The notes under the pieces were generated by a model. That model saw only the letters and a list, made by a program, of their open reading frames with translations, was not told the DNA's origin and did not search any database. DNA of 64,000 nt from the human T2T-CHM13v2.0 reference genome, Homo sapiens, in NCBI RefSeq assembly GCF_009914755.1, contig NC_060928.1; one strand, given 5' to 3'. Shown here piece by piece: positions 53,864-64,000 of the stretch. Every line of letters begins with the position of its first letter. Within the stretch, counting starts at the first letter, position 1. A program made the position numbers and the translations under genes.

Positions 53864-53968
53864 GGAAAATGTGTGAATCTTCAGTCAATTACTGTGAATG
53901 CAACCCCTGCTTTAATGGTGGTTCCTGCCAAAGTGGTGTGGATTCTTATTATTGTCATTGTCCATTTG
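53864..53968 (+). CDS. FAT4: FAT4 coding exon (105 nt; probably exon 11), EGF-like module; absent from the ORF track
   Basis: Acceptor tatattttag|GG, donor TTG|gtgagt. Manual translation gives [35 protein letters not shown], which completes the preceding EGF and starts the next. Phase 1 to 1. Confidence 0.95.
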
Positions 53969-54812
53969 GTGAGTAAAACTTATTTGTTGATATAAAATAT
54001 AAGTTTATTTTTGCACACAGTTTAGCAATTTTGTTTTATTATGAGTATGAAAGACCAAAAAATTATTGTTTTACATGGAAGGTTTTATTAAAATAAAATC
54101 TTAAATGTTTAACATTTGTAAAAGTTATGGAAATCCCATTGAATACATTGCATTGGTCATTACTAGAAAAAGAGTCAACTCAAGATAATTGAATTAATAT
54201 TGTTTCCATAGGATATTTCCCCCCAAAGATTTATGGATATCTTCTTTTCAGCTGAGAAGTTATGAAATAAAAAAATTCTGTAAGCACTCTTTCACGTCAC
54301 TCTCTATTTCAAATCTTTAAGAGTAGTCAAAGTAAGGTTTTTTGTTTGTTTCACTTTTGTGAATTTTGCTTTATTTTTTATTTTTGTTTTTTACATTAGT
54401 TTTTAATTTTGTTTTTTATGTTAATTCAGCCACTTTTATTAGAAGGACTTAGTAACTATACCTGACGTTTTCATAATAGGCTTTTTGTAGCTGATACTAC
54501 CTGACTAATAAAATTTCAGACTAATCTGTCTTTTGGATAAGAAAAATTGTTAAAAAGAACTTTTTTGTATACATACATATTTATTCACCCTAGTGGAATG
54601 AACTAAAAGATTCCTTCCAGGTCTTATCCAGCTGTTACCCATTACTGTGCCAGCCAAAAACCATGAGATTCAGAGGAAGCATTTGTATTAGCTTGGCTTG
54701 TTTCATAAGTTTGTGATTATTCCATTCTTTTTAAAGGCTGCTTTACACCACAGCATAGAATCCATCTCCAAATGACTCTGTCTCTTTTCTTTTTTTTTTT
54801 TGTCCCCTTTGT

Positions 54813-55130
54813 ATATCTATTTATTTATTTTTTTATTATACTTTAAGTTCTAGGGTAATGTGCACAACGTGCAGGTTTGTTACATATGTATACATGTGCC
54901 ATGTTGGTTTGCTGCACCCATCAACTCGTCATTTACATTAGGTATTTCTCCTAATGCTATCCCTCCCCCCTTCCCCACCCCATGACAGGTCACGGTGTGT
55001 GATGTTCCCCTTCCTGTGTCCAAGTGTTCTCATTGTTCAATTCCCACCTATGAGTGAGAACATGCGGTGTTTGGTTTTTTGTCCTTGCGATAGTTTGCTG
55101 AGAATGATGGTTTCCAGCTTCATCTATGTC
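54813..55130 (-). mobile_element. L1PA (about PA6/7) 3' end fragment
   Basis: ttattatactttaagttctagggta...ctgagaatgatggtttccagcttcatc. Confidence 0.92.
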
Positions 55131-57058
55131 TCTTTTCTTAAGCAAGAAAGAGCAAGGATATTTTTCTAGTCTTCCTTTGGGCATATAACTGTGCTATATG
55201 GACCTGAACAGTAAAGCTCAACCTATAGTAGATAATAGAATTTAAAAGACATATGCAGTTCCTAATAACCTGTATAATTTACTAGGTATTTTTAATTTCC
55301 AAACAACTTCATGACTATCTGTTTTTATTAAGCACATCCATAGAATGATAAAGACAAACAAAATAGAAAAATATCTAATTTTGAGGAATGTATTTTACCA
55401 ATGGTTTTGAGGCCCAGAAATTGGCTGATTTGCCCAAAGTCAAAAAATGAAGTTGAGGCAAAACTACCCCAAGACGATGTAGCAACTAGAACACAATTTT
55501 TTATTTTCAGTCCAGTATGACATTCACAGAACCCCTTTTTATACAATTTCTTTGAAATTCTAACAATGCCTGTGAAGTAATGAAAGGTATATCAAGGTCA
55601 AAATAACCACAACTTGAGATGTCCAAAAACTTTTTCTTTCTTTCAATGGTGTCTCATCATTTTAAGTGGTGCTGCTTTCTACAGATAACCACAGTCAAAT
55701 TTCATGGTTTAACTTAACATTTTGAGATAAAAGATAAGGGGATTAGAGTGTAAACTAGAAATGATTTTCAAGTGACTGAACAGAGATGTTCATATTTTTA
55801 GGGATCCCTTTGCAAATTTTGAGGATTTAAGTTTTGAGGATTTTGAGTTGCAAATTTGGGGATTTAAGAAAATTGATACACAATAAAAACAAGTTGCTGC
55901 TGCAGTGTAGTGGTACAACTGTCGTTGCCTATTAAGTGGAACTACTTGAGGGGCCAAATGTACCTTCTTGTCACTCTGTAGACATCGCCAGGGGAAGAGG
56001 AATAGCACAATGTAAATTAAAATAGACACAAATCACACATAGCCGGCAGTGCAAATTTCTCCTCCTATTCCTTCCAGGGGCAAAGACAAAAAACATTATC
56101 TAAACTTAGATATTGTCAGTTGACAACATAAGCACTTACAAAAGAAAACAAAAATCACTGAAACACTGCTATGTAATTTGAAACTAAAGAGATAGAAGCA
56201 GAAACAAAAATGATTTTTGTTCTCAAATGGAATGTGGATGAAAGGTACAAATAACAATGTCAGATGGCATGCCTCAAATAAATAGCCAGAGGTAGGTAGT
56301 TACACTTGCATCCTTTAAAACAAAACTTTATCATTTTGAAGTTAGAAAAAAGTTTTTTGCACTGTTTAGCTTCTCATCAATAAAAGATTGGCTATTTGGA
56401 TTTCAAAAAATTTTTTCGATACTTAGATTTTTTAATTTAAATTACATCTTAGGAAAAACATAGTGCTTCAGACATTATAAAGGCGACATGTATAATTATA
56501 ACTTCTTAGAATTAAGATGCGACCTTTCTGTGAAAACAGTACCAAAACCTTTTAAGAATAAATATTTTAAATTCCATAAAGAAATATTTTCATGTTTGAA
56601 AATACAGTATCAATTTGAATTAAAATGTAAGTATCTATATACTTTCTCCATATATTTACACTCAAATATTCAGCACATTGTTATAGATTTATTGAAGTTT
56701 ATTCAGAAGAGACCTAAGTGAACACATAATACAAATTTTTTCAGTAGTATTTTTATTTCATTTATATGCTTTATTTTTCCTTTTACTTTAACTTCACTTA
56801 CTCTTTCTGCATAGATAGCATATTTATATACAAATTATTAATACATACAAATTATAAATATTAAATATAGATGCCACAGAAATGTATAAAATACAAATAC
56901 AAATTCTACAGGATAGATATAATAAGTATATAATGTATAAGATTATACTATGTATAAAATATTATCTCTATATATCATATATATGACATAACATATATAT
57001 CAATAAATATCATTTCTATAATTCCTTTGCCTTTTCTTCAACTTTGGTTAAAGATTAA

Positions 57059-57381
<323 letters not shown>

Positions 57382-58117
57382 AAAATGATGTTTAATTTCT
57401 ACTCATTTATAATAAATATTATTTCAGTCTGGACAGAAAAGGAAAAGATAAATAACACAAACTTTTATAGCAACTTCTAGGCTGTTTTAATTTTAAAAAT
57501 GTTCTGATATAACATGTGGTAGTCAAAATAGCTAGACAATCAGTAGATCTGGCCTCAAATTTTGGCTGTTTCTCTTGGTTCTGTGACCTTAGGCAAGTTT
57601 TAAATACTCTATAAAATAATGGCATTGGTTCCTTCTAGCTGAACAATTCTCTCACTCTAAATTTTATGCATTTATGGGACATATAAAGCCAAAATTAAGA
57701 AATGAAACTTTTGCAAGTTAATAAGAATCATGAGGTATTGGCATGGGTTAATTTTCCAATCATTTGCCACAGTCTACTAATATTTGTGGGAAAAGAATTT
57801 TGGCATAACATTGTAACATCAATAAAACTCATTTTTCAAGTTTGAAAAAGAACCAGCACAAACAAATGGGAATGCTGACTTTCAGAAAAACAGACAGCTA
57901 TTTTAAAGTAGCCTGCTATAAATCATACCCACAGAGGGTATAAAACAAGAAAGAGATAAAAACTTAAAAGACAGTTATTTCCTTTCCTAAACCAATGATT
58001 CCACTTGTCAGATTTTGTGGCCCTTGAAAATAACATGAATATAGGTACTGATTTAAAAAAAATCAAAACAAATGCATTTGCCATCTTCAATTGAGTTGAA
58101 ATAGTTTTTAAGAACTA

Positions 58118-58480
<363 letters not shown>

Positions 58481-58816
58481 TCAATGAATTTTGAAACGTT
58501 TCTGGGAAAGAAATCTCTTCAGACATACTCCATTCCACTAAGCCTTTCATTTTGAGAAACAAAACATACTTAGATATGTTCCCTAATTAGACAATGAAAA
58601 ATAATTACATCAGTTAATCATTTCTGCCATGTTTTAAAGATCATTCATTCATAAAGATCATTAACTATTTTAATTTTAGTTTAGATGAAATTTTTTGGAA
58701 AGTAAAAAAAGTTGTTAAAAGATATCTCATTTTATAATTCAAAAATATTTTAATCAAAATATATAATAAAATTTTCGTGAAATTTTATGCCAGTTTGTCA
58801 ATTTTCCCTCCAACAG

Positions 58817-59124
58817 GTGTCTTTGGAAAACACTGCGAGTTGAACAGTTATGGATTTGAGGAGTTATCATACATGGAATTTCCAAGCTTGGACCCCAATA
58901 ACAACTATATTTATGTCAAATTTGCCACGATTAAAAGTCATGCCTTATTGCTTTACAACTATGACAACCAGACAGGCGACCGGGCTGAGTTTTTGGCCCT
59001 TGAAATTGCCGAAGAAAGACTAAGATTCTCTTATAATTTAGGCAGTGGTACATATAAGCTCACCACCATGAAGAAGGTGTCAGATGGACATTTTCACACT
59101 GTGATTGCCAGGAGAGCAGGAATG
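58817..59124 (+). CDS. FAT4: FAT4 coding exon (308 nt; probably exon 12): end of EGF4 and start of laminin-G domain 1
   Basis: Acceptor ttttccctccaacag|GT, donor ATG|gtaaga. Contains LamG-like motifs KFATIKSHALLLY, FLALEIAEERLRFSYNLGSG and VSDGHFHTV. Confidence 0.96.
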
Positions 59125-59410
59125 GTAAGATATTTCATTTTATTGTTGTTGTATATCCAGCTGGATCTTCAGATAAAGTATGAATTGGGGTGCAAATCAT
59201 GTTAAATTAGGTTTATTCATTAAATGAACACTTTAGTTATGAAAAACTTAGGCATAATATTTTTCTTTTGCTCATGACAACTCTGTTCAAAAACAATAAA
59301 AAGGAGAACAATTGAGAATATAGCCTAGTGCGTGAAATAATTTCATTGATATTTTTTGTATGTTTTTAAGGCCATGTCAGGACTATACTTAAAATAACTA
59401 CCTTTCTTTC

Positions 59411-59450
59411 CTAAGTATTTCTGCCTTGACTAAGTATTTCTGCCTTGACT
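59411..59450. repeat. Perfect 19-bp tandem duplication ctaagtatttctgccttga
   Basis: 59411-59429 is identical to 59430-59448, followed by ct. Confidence 0.95.
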
Positions 59451-59494
59451 GAAGAAACAATTTAGGAACAGAGGAGACTTTTCTACAAAATCTA

Positions 59495-61742
59495 CATAAA
59501 ATAACTTAATCAAAAACACTTTATTGTTAAAAAATGGTAACAATAGTCTTAGCTAGTCATAGTCTTTTTGCTGGTGGAGGGTCTTGCCTTGATATTGGTG
59601 GCTCCTGACTGAGCCAGGTAGTAGTGGCTGAAGATTCGTGGTGGGGGCTATGGAAATGTCTTAAAATAAAACAACAGGAAATGTTGTCACATTGATTAAC
59701 TCCTTTTTCATGAAAGATTTCTCTGTAGCATTTGAGGCTATTTGATTGATACCATTTTACCCACAGATGAAATTGTTTCAAACTTGAAGTCAAGCCTCTC
59801 TCAAACCTTGATGCTAATTTATTAATTAAGCCTATGGAATATTCTAAATCCTCTGTTGTCATTTCAACAATGTTCACAGCATCTTCACCTGGAGTAAGTT
59901 GTATCTTAATAAACCGCTTCCTTTGTTTATCCCTAAGAAGCAGCTTCTCATCCTTTCATGTTTGTTTTGCAAGATTGTAGCAGCTCAATCACATCTTCGG
60001 GCTTCACTTCAAATTCTAGTTCTCCCACTGTGTCTACCACATTGGCAATTACTTCCTCCATTGAAGTCTGGAAGCCCTCAAGCTCATCCATGAGAGTCAA
60101 AAATCAACTTCCTCCGAACTCCTTTTAATATTTGATATTTTGACCTCCTTCCATTAATCATGAATGTTCTTCATGGCATCTAGAATGGTGACTCCTTTCC
60201 AGAAGGTTTTTAATTTACTTTGCCCAGACCTATCAGAGGAATCATCATCTGTGGCAGCTATAGCCTTATGAAATGTATTTTTTAAATAATAGGACTTGAA
60301 AGTCCAAGTGACTCTTTGATCCATAGGCTGTAGTCTGGATGCTGTGTTAGCAAGCATGAAAACAACACTAATCTCCTTATACATCATTGTCAGAGCTTTT
60401 GGGTGACCAGGTGCATTGTCAGTGAGCAGTAATATTTTGAAAGGAATCTTTTTTTCCGAGTAGTAGATCTTAACAGTAGGCTAAAAAATATTCAATAAAC
60501 CATGCTGTAAACAGATGCACTGTCATCCAGGCATTTCTGTTTACTGATAGAGCACAGATGCAGTAGATTTAGCATAACTCTTAAAGACCCTAGGATTTTT
60601 AATATGGAAAAGGAGCACTGGTTTCAATTTCAAGACACCAGCTATATTCACCCCTGATGAGAGAGTCAGCCTATCCTTTGAAGGTTTTAACCCAGGCATT
60701 CACTTCTTTTCTCTAGCTATGAAAATCCTAGATGACATCTTCTAATAAAAGGCTGTTTTTTTACATTGAAAGTCTGTTCTTTAGTGTAACCACCTTCATC
60801 AATGACCTTAGCTAGATCTTCTGGATAACTTGCTGCAGCTTCTATATCACCATTCACTGCTTTGCTTTGTCCTATTACCTTACAGAGATGACTTCTTTCC
60901 TTAAACCTCATGAGCCAACCTCTGCTACATTCCAACTTTTCTTCTGTACTTTCCTCACCTCTCTCAGCCTTCATGCAGTGGAAGAGAGTTAGTGCCTTTT
61001 TCTAGATTAGATGTTGGCTTAAGGGAATGTTGTAACAGGTTTGATCTTCTATCCAGACTGCTAAAACTTTCTCCATATCAGCAATAAGGCTGTCTTGCTT
61101 TCTTATCATTTGTATATTCACTGGAGTAGCACCTTTAATTTCCTTCAAGAACTTTTACTTTGCATTTACAGCTCGGCTAACTATTTGGCACAAGAAGCCT
61201 ATTTGGCCTATCTTGACTTTCGAAATGCCTTCGTCACTAAGCTTATTCATTTTTACATTTTCATATAAAGTGAGAGAAATGCAACTCTTCCTTTCACTTG
61301 AGCACTTAGAGGCCATTGTAGGGTTATTCGTTGGCATAATTTCAGTAGTGTTTTATCTCAAGGTACAAGGAAGCCTGAGGATAGGTAGAGAGACCAGAGA
61401 CAGATAATTGCTGGAGCAGCCAGAACATAAATAACATTTATCAATTAAGCTTGCCATCGTATATGGCACGGTTCATGTTGCCACAAAATAATTATAATAG
61501 TAACATCCAAGGACACTTCACTCATCACAGATCACCATACCACATAAAATAATAATGAAATATTTGAAATATTGTGAGAATTATTCAAATGTGACTCACA
61601 GTCACAAAGTAAGCACATGCTGTTGGAAAAATGGTGCTGATAGACTTGCTGGATGCAGGATTACCAGAAACCTTCAATTGGTAAAAAATAAAATATCTGC
61701 AAAGTGCAATAAAGTGAAGAGCAATAAAATGAGGCATGCATG
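59495..61742 (-). mobile_element. Near-full-length Tigger1 DNA transposon fossil (pogo/CENP-B-like transposase pseudogene); 3' terminus missing
   Basis: The 5' TIR ...gcaataaaatgaggcatgcatg|TA is at 61742. Minus-strand ORF fragments include MASKCSSERKS.SLTL (N-terminal HTH), SRGWLMRFKERS, LQPMDQ...FKSYYL (DDE region) and RQDPPPAKRL (C-terminus). Confidence 0.92.
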
Positions 61743-62074
61743 TATTTATAGATTATATTGATTTTATTATGTGGCTTTCATGTTACAAGAATGACATATC
61801 TATTTAGGACTTGTGTTTATTAAATAAATACTTTTCTTTATAAAGGAAAATGCATCACATCTTTTCTTTATTAATGTTTGAAAATATTTGACATAGTATA
61901 ATAGAATGGAATGGCTTATTTATTTTTTATTCTTTATTTATCTTCACAACTATCTCTCCATATTTCCCCCATCTCTAACAGCTATCAAGGATTTTTAATA
62001 AGAAAATGCTAACAAATCTGTCTTAAAGTATTTTTGCACTTTAACTTTGAGCCTTTAAAAGTGTAGTTACTGGT

Positions 62075-62199
62075 GGCCAGGCGGGGTGGCTCACGCCTGT
62101 AATCCCAGCACTTTGGGAGGCCGAGGCGGGCGGATCACGAGGTCAGGAGATCGAGACCATCCTGGCTAACACAGTGAAACCCTGTCTCTACTAAAAATA

Positions 62200-62238
<39 letters not shown>

Positions 62239-62399
62239 AGCCCGGCATAGCGGTGTGCGCCTGTAGTCCCAGCTGCTGGGGATAGGCAGGAGAATGGCGT
62301 GAACCTGGGAGGCGGAGCTTGCAGTGAGCCGAGATCTCGCCACTGCACGCCAGCCTGGGTGACAGAGCAAGACTCTGTCTCAAAAAAAAAAAAAAAAAA
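62075..62399 (+). mobile_element. AluY with the central A-linker expanded to A36
   Basis: gatcgagaccatcctggctaacac and gagaatggcgtgaac diagnostics. TSD aaaag(t/g)gtagttactggt. Confidence 0.96.
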
Positions 62400-64000
62400 G
62401 GGTAGTTACTGGTAAGATTTATAATTCACCCTAGATAAAGGAATTGTGTAAAATGTTAAATTGTCTGTTAAAAAGAAAGCCTAGCCAAAACAACAAAATA
62501 AGTGCCCTTAAATCATTTTAAATGAAAAAACTTGGTATGTAAATGATTATAATTGTATTTCTGACTTCATGGCAATCTTTAAAATATATGACAACTTATA
62601 TAGTCCTTAGACTGATCATATGAATCATACATTTGTGTGACTATAGAGAAATTTTTGCCACTAAATGTATGGAATATGTTATATTGCTGAATGCATATCA
62701 GCAATATTCAGAAGTAATATTTAAAATGTTTTTAACCAAGCTTTTGCTAGTTTTTTTCCCTATGACACGTAGTTAATTTTAAAGGCTAAAATTTATGCAA
62801 TCTATAATTACCAATTTCATAAGGGCATAAGACAGAAACTACCTTATAATATTAATTATTTTTGACCAGTACACATAACAGACAATCTATTATGAAAGAA
62901 CAAAATTTGTCATTTGATCTCAGGAATATTTTATAAATCCATGTTTATTTTGAATTGGCATCAGATACAATGACATTTCTCTCCTCCACTCTAATTTACT
63001 ACAACATTAAAGGAAATTTAAGCAAGTTTTAAAATACAGAACTATTTTTAATTATGAGGGGGAAAAAGAATAATGATTAGCTTTAAATATAACCAATTGA
63101 TTGTGTCAACATGGTCAAGGGTAGCTGCTCAGACATGTCATTCATGGATATCGCCACATCCATCAAACTGCATTCAGGGTCCTACCAGGTTATTAAATGT
63201 ATGTTACTTGAAATATTGGTGAGAAAACAACAGAAGTATTGTATGGTTTTTATCAATCATTTTAGTTATAGATGGTTTTCCATTTCCTTTTGAACTTAGT
63301 GTTAATATTTTCCAGCTGGAACATTTTTCTAATATATTTAATTTATATAGTGTTTACTTAATAAAATTACCCCCAACATTCCAAAAATGTTGTCAAGACA
63401 TAATGTTATATTTTATATTTTAATTCTAATATGCCCACATTTCCATATTATTGTAAAGGTTAATATTAATCATAATTAAAATTTTATTTCTGTGAATTAG
63501 GTGCTTAAACAGGTGTTGGTCACCCTGAATTATCACCAACACAACCCACATATAACCTTTTGAAGTAAAATAATGGAATATTTTACTTGATCTTGGTCTC
63601 AATGAAGTTTACATTATGAGTAGTGCCTAAAAATCCACCTGACTTTAATGAACATTAGTAGAGGTATAACAAACAAATCTTGGATAAAATATATTTTCTG
63701 ATTAGTATAGGTTACTGCACTGATTTTTGCTTGAGATTTTAAAAATCCAGCATTCTCTGGAAGAATATAGATTTAATCAATTCTAGTATTCCTGATGATT
63801 GATGTAACCAGAAATATTGGGCCTTAAAGAATTAGAAAAACATTTAGAGATTGATATATATAGATTGGGCTCACATTAGCCATAATAATATCCTAAAACT
63901 GATGAGTAATAGTAGACATCACCTCACCCCCATTCTCCACACATATGTAAGATAACCATATTTCTGATATGTTGTCAAGTATACTATAATGTAAAATAAA

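Overview
This is AT-rich primate (human-like) genomic DNA, not prokaryotic. The window lies inside the FAT4 giant atypical-cadherin gene on the + strand. Seven GT-AG coding exons (923, 175, 181, 251/245, 4350, 105 and 308 nt; from recall, exons 6-12 of the 18-exon model) splice into one continuous reading frame. They encode the distal cadherin repeats, four EGF-like domains and the start of the first laminin-G domain. The 105-nt EGF exon is missing from the ORF track. The introns hold 10 Alus, four L1 3' fragments, a full THE1 (MaLR) provirus, solo MaLR LTRs, a near-full-length Tigger1 fossil, MER58A, Tigger4, probable MER63 and L2, and microsatellites. I see no new gene or novel biological system. 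The most unusual feature is a 59-bp palindrome-containing copy of unique intronic DNA sitting inside the THE1 internal region exactly 1400 bp downstream of its source, apparently replacing part of the element (a templated-insertion repair scar). Next are a 6-nt tandem splice acceptor, discordant THE1 LTRs, a perfect 19-bp tandem duplication and an AluY with an A36 central linker. Repeat subfamily calls come from remembered consensus motifs, not from a search.
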